64,000 bases of DNA, from NCBI GenBank assembly GCA_026026165.1, contig JAPEUD010000025.1, forward strand, positions 186,001 through 250,000, in the 5' to 3' direction. The stretch is from Sarea resinae (taxonomy: Eukaryota). Within the stretch, counting starts at the first letter, position 1. Every line of letters begins with the position of its first letter. The notes under the pieces were generated by a model. The model was not told where the DNA came from. It was given only the letters and a program-made list of their open reading frames with translations, and did no database searches. Below are positions 53,501-64,000 of the stretch, in pieces. The translations under genes were made by a program, and so were the position numbers.

Positions 53501-54779
53501 GATGCGCCAGATGCGGTCGCAGCTGCGCGCAACCGGATAGAGGATGGAGACGATCCGAGGATGAGCACCAGAAAGGCCGGCTGGTCGATTGAAGGGGAGC
53601 GAAGAGACGCAAACGGGTTGCTTGAGAGTTGGAAAAGAAAGGAAGAGTAGTATGGGATTGGAAGTATAATCTGAAGATGAGGGATTGAAGATTGGGTAAT
53701 AGGCTACGGCCAATTATGGGCCAACCGGGTTAGTACGAAGTACAGAGTACCTATAGCAGCCAGATGTTATAGGTACCTACACAAGGTATGGGGTACGAAG
53801 CGAAGAGGAAGGAAGAGGAAAGAGGCAAGAGGAAAGCGGAAAGAGCAAGCTGGAGATCAGGTACCTCAGGTACTGCGGTAGGTGCCGACCTAAGTCGGCA
53901 GAGTCAGGTATTGAGGCTACCTCCAGGGCTGGCTCTAAGCGGAAGAACCGAGGGGATCTCAGTTACTCTAAGGGTATGGGCAGGTGCAACGGAAGGTACT
54001 CCGGAGAGGGTGGAAGGGTGGAAGGGTGGAGGATGGGATGCGGATGGGACCAGATGGGACCAGATGGGACATCATGAGACACGGAAGATGGGACAAGGGC
54101 AACGTGAAGATGGATGGAACAAGCAACAACGGGGTCTGCTAGTCCACGTCAGGATCGAGGACGGTGATCCCTCCACACGGGCTCTGAAGTACTGTAGTCG
54201 CATGAGTGATTCGCCATAGCGCCTCTCTACCTGTCGATCCAAAGCCCACCAGACTCGGGACATTTTTGAACCTCGAGCTTTGGGCTGATTTTGGTAGGAA
54301 AATCGACTTTGACAGGGTAGGGCATGTCCCCGTCCCCGTCCCCGTCAATTTTGCTCAAATTCCACATTTTCGGGCATTAATGTCACGATGCTACTATGGT
54401 TACCTTATATATCGATCGTATTACAGTGACGCTATCCGCTATCCATGACTAAGGTACCTACCTTACCTATATCGAACCGTACCGGTACGGTTGCCCAGAT
54501 AGCTCGTCGAAATACGCAGTAGACGACGATGGCTAAGGTAAGGTACCTCCTACCTACTAGGTAGGTAGGTACCCAATCACCAATTCACTTCCTGCCCATG
54601 ATAAATGGTATCGACGGCATCACTATCAAGTGATCCTCTCAAGCTGTAGAAGTTTACCTTCAGCTGCGTTTGCTTTTGCTTCCTCTTGTACGTTCTTTTA
54701 AGATCGTTGTCTCCTGTCTAGAAACTGGTCTGACCTTTACTTTGCCTTAGGTTTGACTAGAACGCGGGCGGGTTCTCTA

Positions 54780-55370
54780 GACAATGCCCTTACACAGGAC
54801 GTTTTAATCGATGTCAATTGATTGTACGTCTTAGTTACAGCTTGACTACTTATCTTGACGTGACATTCACTCTAATCTACAAAGGAGACTACTAAGTATT
54901 AAAACTTGTAATCAGGCTGATTTTACCCCTTGCAGACTGAGCTGCAAAAGGAATGCCTGTCTAGAATGCCTAATTAAAAAGGCTGAACAGTCTAAATAGT
55001 TGGTCTAGGACCCTTAAACTAGACTATTAGGCCAGACTATTGTAGCGTTCCTTGTCCTAATTGTGGTAAGAATCATCATAAAACAGTAGGACTTAGAGGT
55101 AGAGAAGAGGCGCCTTAAGATTAAAGAGAGACGTGTTACAATTAAGGAACGACAAATCGCGCTTAAAGAGAGGAAACACAAAATCAAGATCAAAACTATT
55201 AAGACAGTCATTAAAGTCTCTACAAGTAACAAGCCTACTAATAAGCCTACTAACGAGCCTACTAACAAGCCTGTACAAGGGAGCGAAAGGACAGACAGAT
55301 CGGCACAAGTCAACGTTGATACTCTAAGGATAAAGAAAGAGAGGAGCAATATATCTAGAACTTAAATCTT
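54780..55370 (+). pseudogene. RIP-damaged remnant of a coiled-coil/acidic-repeat ORF
   Basis: Local TpA excess. Frame from 55081 reads KQ*DLEVEKRRLKIKERRVTIKERQIALKERK...SNKPTNKPTNEPTNKP, consistent with G>A decay of ...LEIEERR.AIEERQIALEERK...DEPTDEPT. 12-bp tandem repeat at 55228-55272. Confidence 0.55.
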
Positions 55371-56034
55371 ACGCTAATCAAACTACTCTTAGATCCCCCT
55401 ACCTCACCAATTCAAGAACCCAGTCCAAACCTACCAGATAAGGGCCGCGTGGGAAAGTTAGTCACCTATTACGATGGATCGGGACCTCAATAGATAGCGA
55501 TGTGAGTAGGGCGATCTTTCCGACTTTTAGATTTGTTTAACGAAGACTGGAAGAACCAGTTGAAAGTCAAGTGGATGAGATTATTCATGGCGCGGGCCCT
55601 TGCTCCTGTCTTCATCGGACGCCAAGAAGAATGATGATGGAAGATGGAAGCCTTCGGTCAAGGTGTACCCAGAGGTACGGGGAGACGGATGGTATCGTCG
55701 AAATACAACATGTAGACGAATTAAGAGCAAGTCCTTCAGGGGGCGCTACCCTTTTGGCTTGATTTTCGACATATATACATCGGGAGCGAGTCGGGATCAG
55801 GTACACAATACATTCTCCAATCACTAAAATGCACGTAGAGATCAAAGAGACTGCTACCTAGGTCGATACTTCTCTGTTGTTGAATGGGTGCTTTGATCGT
55901 AGACCTCACTCTTTTCGGGCCCGGATTCTTCCTCCATTTCCCCATCCCTCTGTCTTCCACCAGATAAACATAGCATTCGGACCATCTCTTCACGTCGCTG
56001 ATAAGGCGACGGCGAGGTCCATTCAAGCGCCAAT

Positions 56035-57145
56035 ATGGCACCCCGAATCAACATCCCCCCGCTGACGCGCATCCTTCTGGTTGTGCTGGTCACGCAGTCC
56101 ATCCTCAATATGGCCATTCGGTACAGATATTGGGCTGACGGCATCGTGAACCCCTACCTCACCATCGTGCCTAACTTGTCGTTGTTCTATCCATGGGTCT
56201 TTGTGACTGCGACACTGGTCGAGCAAAATGTTTTCACCCTCTTGATAACCGGCGCAACCATCTTCTACGGCGGGAAATACCTCGAGCGCGCTTGGAGCTC
56301 AAGCGAGCTTGGGAAATTTCTCTTGATTGTCACTCTGGTGTCGAATGTCTTCACGGCTACGACGTATCTTTTGTGGTTTGCCCTGACCACCCGAGAGTAT
56401 GTCGCCGCGTATGAGACCCTGTGCGCGATTCGCTGACATAGGAACTAGATTACCCGCTATCTGTGGAGGCGTCGCCGTTCAAGCCTCTTTCCTGGTAGCT
56501 TTCAAGCAACTTGTCCCCGAACACACCGTGACCATTGCAAAAGGTCTCCTCAAAATCCGAGTGAAACATTTCCCCGCCCTATTCCTTCTCTTCAACACCT
56601 TCAGCGGCGTATTCTTCGGAACAGACACTGCTCTCTTTCTATCGTGGTTTGGCTTCCTCTCTTCTTGGATTTATCTTCGTTTCTACAGAACGACTCCATC
56701 GCTTTCTGCAGCCGCCACTGGAGATAGCAGCACCATACGTGGTGACGCATCGGAAACATTCGCTTTCGCCTACTTCTTCCCGGACGCGATCCATGGCCCT
56801 ATTGCTGCGGTGGCAGATGTCGTCTACAATACTTTCGTCGCGATGCGGGTCTGCACACCCTTCTCCGCTGCCGACATCGATGCCGGCAACGAGCAAGCCT
56901 TGGCTCGGGCAGACGGCGGCTTGCCGAGTCTACTGGGCAGCGGAAGACCCGGGGGACAAGGTGGCAAGAGAGAAGAAGCACAGAGGAGGCGTGCACTAGC
57001 GCTCAAGGCTCTAGATCAGCGACTTCATGCGGCCTCCAACAGGACACACTCCCCCGCTGCCGCTGGCCCATCTGTGCTTGGCGAAACGAATTATACCCCT
57101 GAAGGTCAAGACGAACGAGGGCGGCAGGAAGGACAGGCGTCATGA
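56035..57145 (+). CDS. TMEM115/DUF1751 rhomboid-like Golgi membrane protein
   Basis: MAPRINIPPLTR, YPWVFVTATLVE, GKYLERAWSS, FLVAFKQLVPEH, SWIYLRFY, RGDASETFAFAYFFP, EAQRRRALALKALDQRL; one intron at about 56397-56448. Confidence 0.9.
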
Positions 57146-57989
57146 GAAAGACTAGGTAGATACAAGCCCTCTCGTCCGGAGGCGTGTGGAATGGATTGAG
57201 TGGTTATGTAAATTTTTCTTAGAGGATGAATTTTATAGCGTTCCTGAGCGGGTTTTTCTTTTCGCCGTTTTCTTTTGGGCACCTGTCTTTTCTCATCCAA
57301 TATGTCTACTTAGCAACGCCGGGATGAATTGTCATTATAGTAATTGGATGCTCATCACTCGCCCCCCTAGCTAGCCTGCGTGGATGTAGTAGTGATGAAA
57401 GGACGAGATAATTTGCCCCTAGACCTATGATATAATTTTGCCTTGTATCTGTTTTAAAGTAGCCTTGGAGATTGGGGATCAACATGGGAATCGACCTTGT
57501 AAATTGTTTAGAATCGTAAACAGTACTCGATCTGTGAGCTGTCAGTATCACTAATATTTATATCAGCTCCTGAAACTTGGCCAAAGTCTATTGATTCTGA
57601 ACGTCACTGAAGTGACCAAGATAATTCCGAAGAACGTCCCTCCCTTGCTGTTCTCTGTTCTCGTCCTTCGATCCTCTGTTGTGAACGGGCTTATGCTCCC
57701 GCCGTTCCGTCCTGCATTCTTCACAACCTCATTGACGGCCTCGAGGCCTCACCGCCTTGGGCGTGAACGTGGGCAGCCCGAGACGTCGCAGAGCGAAGCG
57801 ATTTCATGGTATCCCGACGCACAAATTAGTATGTAGGGATACTTACGGAGTACTTTCTTTTGTCCTGCTATCGATTCACTGCTATCGATTCACAACCGAA
57901 AATTCGTCAAGAAATTATTTGAATGATCGTCGGCCTCCAACACCAACACCAACAACAGAGGCGCAAGAAGCTCACGGCAACCAGCAACA

Positions 57990-60900
57990 ATGGCAGACAC
58001 TTCACTGTCGCTGGAGGAGAAGCTTGACAAGATCAAGTCGCCGAAGCTTCAAAACCAACATCAGGTAAGCTTTCTTCAGTAGAATTAGACTCATTATGCT
58101 TCATGATCATTGCTGATTCTTAATGCTTGCCAGACCGTAGTCGTTCTCTCCGCGGTTGAAGATACTCTGCGTGATCAAAACACTGGCTTTACACCTACAG
58201 CATATTTTGCCGCGGTCCTTGCGCTCTTGAACCAGTCTATATCATCTTCAACTGGCATTGTCAACAAGGAGCTGGCAACTGCAGTGGTATATCTCCTCGA
58301 CCTCGTTACACCTTATGTCTCGCAACCCCTCCTTCGGTCCAAATTCTCCCAGATCCTCACCAACCTAGCGCCCGCACTTACACACCCGGATGCAGAAGCA
58401 CCACTTCTGCGATCGTCGATAGGATGCCTGGAGTCTCTTCTCATCGCACAGGATGCTGCAGCGTGGGCTTTACCCCAAACAGCAGTTGGGCCTCGAAGAG
58501 CAATGGCTGGCCTCTTACGACTCGCGGTTGACCACAGACCTAAAGTGCGCAAGCGGGCACAAGATGCGTTGATGAAGGTTCTCAAAAATCCACCACCAAG
58601 TCCCTCTCTCGATCATCCTGCCGCCGACATGTGTGCAGAGACGGCTCTGAGGACCCTGACCGATTTAGCCAACCAGGCGGGAAAGAGTAAGAAGCAGCGA
58701 GACAATAAGTCGGACAATCAGAATGACCCCGGCCTTATGCATGCTCTCCACTTAGTCAAGACAATTGCCGCCGCATCCGGGGGGTGGCCTAGCCGTAAGA
58801 TTGAGCCGCTATGCGCGGTGCTTTTAGAAATCTCGAAATCCAACCACGAATACTTGACGATGGCCGCGTTTGAGGTCTTTGAGGCCATATTCGAGGGTAT
58901 GGCAGATGAGATGTTTTCATCTAAGCTACCACGACTGATGGAAGTAATCTCGGAATTACGACCTTCGCAAAACGACTCACAGCTGCTGCCTCCGTGGATT
59001 GCCGTTATCTCCAGAGGCTATGATGTCTCTGCGCAAATAAACCCGGATGAGACTTTCCAGAAGCTCCCCGAGACTTTCGATATGATTGCTGGTTTCCTCG
59101 CTTCGTCTTCTCATAATATTCGCATATCTGCGTCCGAGTGCCTCGTCTCGTTCATGGCCAATTGTGTTCCAGAAACCGCTATATTAGGACCCTCAATATT
59201 CGATGAGAAGACTATGGAAAGGCTTGCCAAATCGGCCACGGATTTGCTCAGTGTCAAATATCAGGCGGCATGGATGGAAGTGTTCGTGGTCTTAGGAGCT
59301 GTGCTCGATGCCTTAAAATGGCGATCTGCGCCACTTTTGACAGATGTCGTCAAGACAGTAGGCGATCTTCGAGGCAACGACTCTTTTGGAGGCAAGAAGG
59401 AAGCAGACGAGATCCTTGGCAAAGCTATTCGTGCTATGGGACCCGAGACTGTCCTCGATATACTACCTCTGAATCTGGCAAAGCCCAAGGCCAATCAGCC
59501 CGGTCGGGCTTGGCTTCTTCCTATTTTACGAGACTATGTCGGCAATGCGAAGCTGGCACATTTCCGATCCGAATTCGTCCCATTGAGTGAGGTCATGTTT
59601 CAGAGAGTCATCGACCACGGGACTGCCGAGAAAACCATGGAGATAAAAATCTTCGAAACATTGGTGCAGCAGATTTGGGCACTTCTACCGGGCTATTGCG
59701 ATCTTCCGCTCGATTTGACCGAGGTATGTAGCCTTCTAGTCTTTGATATTTTGGTCTTGCGCTGACGACCGGGTCAGGCTTTCGATCAAGCATTTGCCGA
59801 ATTGATCTCCAATATCTTGTATAAACAGGCTGAGCTCCGAGCCGACGTTTGCAGAGCTCTTCAAACCTTGGTAGAATCGAACAAAGAAATCTTGAGTCTC
59901 GAAGGCGACGAAGACGATCTTCTGCTGCAGCGAAGAGTATCAAAAGCTGATGCGCAGAAGAACATTGCCCATTTGGCTGGATTTGCTGGCAACATGCTTG
60001 CTGTCCTTTTCAACGTCTACAGCCAGACTTTACCGCAATTCAGAGGATTTATTCTTCAGTGTATCAATTCTTTTCTGAGTGTTACCCCCGAGAAGGTCCG
60101 TGAACAAGACTATCTTATAATGGTCGTATACTGAAACGTCCCTAGGAACTGATGGAAACTTTCACCCGTGTAACCACAATGTTGGAAAGCTCTCTAAGTG
60201 AGGCAGGACCGCAGACACAGGCCGAAAAGCAGAAGCAAAAGAAAAGCGAAGATGGGATGCCTCCAACTAGCCACACTCTGATGGATCTGGTCATCACCAT
60301 ATCCATCTACCTTCCCAGGGAGAGTTTTGGGACTCTTTTCAACATTGCAGCCTTGATAATAGTCAAGGACGATGATCCTCAACTTCAGAAGAAGGCTTAC
60401 AAATTGATTCCGAGGCTCGCGGATTCCGAGGCGGGCAAAACAGCATTGATTGAAAGAAATGAAGAGTTGCAGCAGCTGTTGCTAGGAAGTGCGGATAAGG
60501 CATCAGCGCCTTCTCGAAGAGTGAGTTCAGATTGCTGAGAGTCTTTAGAGGAATGGTAGCTAATTATTGAGAAGGATCGGCTGGCAGCAATTACCCAGAT
60601 TGTCGAATTCCTCCCTCAAAGCGACTTGCATTTCATCCCGTCCATCCTTTCTGAAGTCGTCATCTCCGCTAAGGAAGTGAACGAGAAGGCCAGAGTCGCC
60701 GCTTTTGACCTTCTCGTCCTCATGGGCGAAAAGATGCAGAAGGGCGGCACCGTAGTCAACTCCAAAGTTAGCCACATGCCAGATGATACCCCCGACGTGC
60801 CGGCCTCTTTGGAAGAGTACTTCACTATGGTCTCAGCTGGTCTTGCAGGCTCAACCCCACATATGATCAGTGCATCCATCACAGCACTTACTAGGATTCT

Positions 60901-62140
60901 CTACCATTTCCGGCAATCGCTGCCAGAAGCCACGCTCACAGACATGGTCCAGACAATGGATCTCTTCCTCACATCCAACAACCGCGAAATCGTCCGCTCT
61001 GTGCTCGGCTTCGTCAAAGTCTCCGTCATCTCTCTTCCTAGCCCCCTCATGCTCCCGCGTCTCGAGTCTCTGATCCCAAATCTCATGGTTTGGAGTCACG
61101 AACACAAAGCCCACTTTAAAGCAAAAGTCAAGCATATCATCGAGCGGATGATCCGTCGCTTCGGTGTCGACGTCGTGGACAAGCATTGTCCTGAGCAGGA
61201 CAAGAAACTCATCGCCAACATCCGCAAGACGCGCGAGCGGCGCAAGCGCAAGAAGGAAACAGGCGACGACAACATGGACGAAGATGACGAAGATGCTGAA
61301 GGCCACCAGTCGTCGGCCTCAGGAGCAAAAGCAGACCAGGACAGGCGCAAGGGCAACTTTGAGAGCGAATACGACGAGGCAGTGTATGGTAGCGACGAGT
61401 CCGACTCGGGCTCCGACATCAGCGACGACGAGATGCTTGGTCGTTCGCGCCGCGGCGGCCGTAACAGTGCGCAAAAGGGCCCGCAGACGTACATCGTCGA
61501 GGACGAGGACGAGCCGCTGGATCTCCTTGACCGGCGCGCCCTCGCTAACATCTCGTCGACCAAGCCGCTCAAGAACAAACAACAGCTTCGAGGCGGGCCG
61601 GGCGGTGCTGCTTCCAAAGCGTCGGCCAGAGCCAAGGTCGATGTGGATGGCAAGCTTGTCATCGGCAACGACGACGATGATGCCATGATGGATGTCGATG
61701 GCAAAGCCGAACCCGGAGATGGCACCCTCGAGGGCGGCATTAATGCTTATGTTGATGCCATTCGCGGTCGTGATGCTGTGCAGAGGGGTCGGGGTGGGAG
61801 GTTAAAGTTCAGCAATCGTCGAGGTCGTGGTGATAACGGCGATGATGAGGAGATGGACGTCGATGATGCTGCTGAGGTGGGCAGGAAGATCAAAGCACAA
61901 GCCGCTGGTGGTGCTAGGGGTAGTGGTGATCGTATCGGTGGTCGTGGCGGCGGGAGAGGAGGTGGGAGAGGAGGTGCTGGGGGAAGGGGGAACATGAATC
62001 AGAGGAGGGGACTAGGGATGGAGAAGGCCAGGGACGGGAGGGTGATGAAGAGTCCCAGGGGCTCCAAAAGCCCCCAAGGCGGTGACCGAGGAGGAAGAAG
62101 AGATGGCAGGGGTAGACCTGGTGGGCATGGAAGGCGTTAA
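57990..62140 (+). CDS. RRP12: Ribosomal RNA-processing protein Rrp12 (NUC173 domain, HEAT repeats)
   Basis: DHRPKVRKRAQ, GRAWLLPILRD, QQIWALLPGYC, QLQKKAYK, MVSAGLAGSTPHMISA, SNNREIVRSVLGFVKV, EDEDEPLDLLD; RGG-rich tail; 4 introns. Confidence 0.96.
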
Positions 62141-62505
62141 AAATTCTTTTGCGTACGAGCTTGACGTTACAATTTACCTTATTTTCCACCACCCCCTCCC
62201 CTTCATTAGAATATCGATAAGAATAGATTGTTCATATGTGCGATCTCAAAAGGTTCTTTTTCTCTCTATTTCCTTTTTTTTGGAGACATGATGCTTAAAC
62301 GATATGTGTACAAGCGTACAGGCGTGATTACACCCATCTTTCTGGGGAAGGGAAGCTGAGCGAAACGCCCCTGTGGCTACCCCCTTTCCAAGATCGATCT
62401 CATGCACCCAGTCTCCCTGAGAGATGTATCGGAAGAGAACAGATAAGAAAGGAAAGCCAAGACGAGCGAAGGCCAACTGAAACCCAAGACTCTATTCTGT
62501 CCACC

Positions 62506-62506
<1 letters not shown>

Positions 62507-62536
<30 letters not shown>
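62507..62536. repeat. C30 homopolymer between convergent RRP12 and SEC6 3' ends
   Basis: Direct count. Confidence 0.9.
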
Positions 62537-62537
<1 letters not shown>

Positions 62538-62707
62538 CCGGCCCAATAACATGGCAATCAAAACAAGAAAACGCCGCGCTGTGCTTGATCTACTCGTGAC
62601 ATGCAGATAGATGGGAAATGCTAGAGACCGACAAATGACCACCACCGTGCCTCCCCCTACCGCTCCCCCTGCACACCCACAAACCTCCTTTCTACGATAC
62701 AGGAATA

Positions 62708-64000
62708 TCACCTCACCCTCCCCATGATGGTTTCCTCGCCCTTTCCAACACCGCCGACGCCACCGCCACCCCTTACGCCCTGCATCTCGGCGGCCTTGGC
62801 CTTGACGGCATTGACGAGCGCGCGATCGCAATCATCCCTCGCCCTCAAGACAGCCTCGACCCAGACGAAAGCGGCATCGGGATACTCGTGCTTGAAGGCC
62901 TCGAAGACGGCGACGACGGCATGCTTCTCGGCCTCGAGCAGGCGCACGAGGCCGACGTCGACGACGCGCCACTTCTGCTTGATGGCGGGGAACTCGGCGG
63001 GGAACTTGGCGAAGAAGTCGAAGGCGGTGCGCACGTCGTCGCGGAACTTGTCCGTGAAGGCGAAGGTGTCGGTGCGCCGGAACTTGGCCAGGTGCGGCTT
63101 GTTGTGCAGCATGCACGACAGGTAGTGCGCCAGTAGCGAGTCGGCCAGCTCCTCGATCAGGATGTCCAGCATGCTGCCGTGCAGCACGTCGGCGTAGTCG
63201 GCGATGTAGTCGTCAAACGTGCTGACGATCCGCTTCATGCCGAACTCGGTGTACCATTTCGGCGTGAAGAAGTCCGGCAGCGTGGTGCGGAAGTCGACCG
63301 CAAAGACCAGGGACACGAACGCGGTGATGCAGTGGGTGGCGAGGTCGACGTAGCCGTCGCGGAGGGCGTCGAGGTCGGCCGAGGCGTGCGCGAGGAATTT
63401 CGGCGTCACCAGCGGTTCGAAGTCGCGCTTGAAGCGGGCGAGATAGCCCAGCTGGCCCGTGTCCTCGTTATCGTCGACGCAGGCGATCTGGTCGTTGGAG
63501 ATGGCCACCAGCCAGTCCTGCAGGACCTGGAGGCCCTCGGCGTCCGAGGCCGTCGGCTGTTTGTATTTGGACACTTCGTCGTCGATGAGGGACTGCCAGG
63601 CGCGTTGGCGCGAGCGCAGGGTGCGGAACATGGCGTCGATGACGCCCTCGGTGACGTCGGTGCGGTCCGACGTGCCCGATGCCAGCGTCTGCTCGCGAAG
63701 CATGCGCCACATGTCTCCTTGGGTTTTGGTGCGGAAGCGGCCGTGCTCGTCCGTGTCGAGGGTGTCCGGCTTGCGGTCCTGGAAGGCGACCTTGTCGGTA
63801 TCGAACATGCGGGTGATCCACTCGTCGAGGAACTTGATGATGAGTTGGCGGTACTCGCGGACGAGTTCGCTCTCGCGGTTGTCGATGAGTTGGGGGGAGA
63901 GGTCGGCAACGTGCAGGCCGAGTTTCTCCATCTTGGCGTAGTATTTCTCGCCCCAGTGGATGATGGCGAGCATGTTGGTGGGTTTGAGGTCTGGGTCGTC
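62708..64000 (-). CDS. SEC6: Exocyst complex component Sec6 (5' part outside window)
   Basis: LIDNRESELVREYRQLIIKFLDEW, DMWRMLREQ, LQDWLVAISNDQIACVDD, FFTPKWY, VEAVLRARDD, GEETIMGRVR*. Confidence 0.92.
   Translation of the reverse strand, partial: DDPDLKPTNMLAIIHWGEKYYAKMEKLGLHVADLSPQLIDNRESELVREYRQLIIKFLDEWITRMFDTDKVAFQDRKPDTLDTDEHGRFRTKTQGDMWRMLREQTLASGTSDRTDVTEGVIDAMFRTLRSRQRAWQSLIDDEVSKYKQPTASDAEGLQVLQDWLVAISNDQIACVDDNEDTGQLGYLARFKRDFEPLVTPKFLAHASADLDALRDGYVDLATHCITAFVSLVFAVDFRTTLPDFFTPKWYTEFGMKRIVSTFDDYIADYADVLHGSMLDILIEELADSLLAHYLSCMLHNKPHLAKFRRTDTFAFTDKFRDDVRTAFDFFAKFPAEFPAIKQKWRVVDVGLVRLLEAEKHAVVAVFEAFKHEYPDAAFVWVEAVLRARDDCDRALVNAVKAKAAEMQGVRGGGGVGGVGKGEETIMGRVR

Noticed and set aside
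60851..63941. Long overlapping and antisense ORFs over RRP12 and SEC6
   Set aside because: Expected consequence of high GC3 in the real genes.

Overview
Filamentous ascomycete (Pezizomycotina) chromosomal DNA with spliceosomal introns; no prokaryotic features. A gene-rich arm is interrupted at about 4.1-22.8 kb by an AT-rich, TpA-saturated block of nested transposons destroyed by repeat-induced point mutation (RIP). The block is a TA-flanked TIR element split by a Ty1/Copia element with both LTRs. The Copia in turn carries two hAT remnants, a truncated Ty3/Gypsy and two further short TIR elements. Host genes in order: Cys-rich secreted/GPI-like protein (5'-truncated), C78 ZUP1/Mug105-type deubiquitinase, a 90-aa CYSTM-like micro-gene absent from the ORF track, SSN6/CYC8, RPL3, a NuiA-like protein, KRE6/SKN1, a small hypothetical protein, pyruvate dehydrogenase kinase, an SGNH-like protein, a divergent GH51 arabinofuranosidase/sugar porter pair, SIF2/TBL1, a RIP-damaged pseudogene, TMEM115-like, RRP12 and SEC6 (5'-truncated). 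Most notable observations: 10-bp-phased heat-shock-element arrays in the Copia LTRs; short motifs shared between the Copia and the TIR elements it is nested with; a head-to-head C78 protease / xRGG-Cys-tail gene pair; a eukaryotic NuiA-like candidate nuclease inhibitor; and two GC-AG introns. All calls were made by eye without database searches, and boundaries inside the RIP block are approximate.
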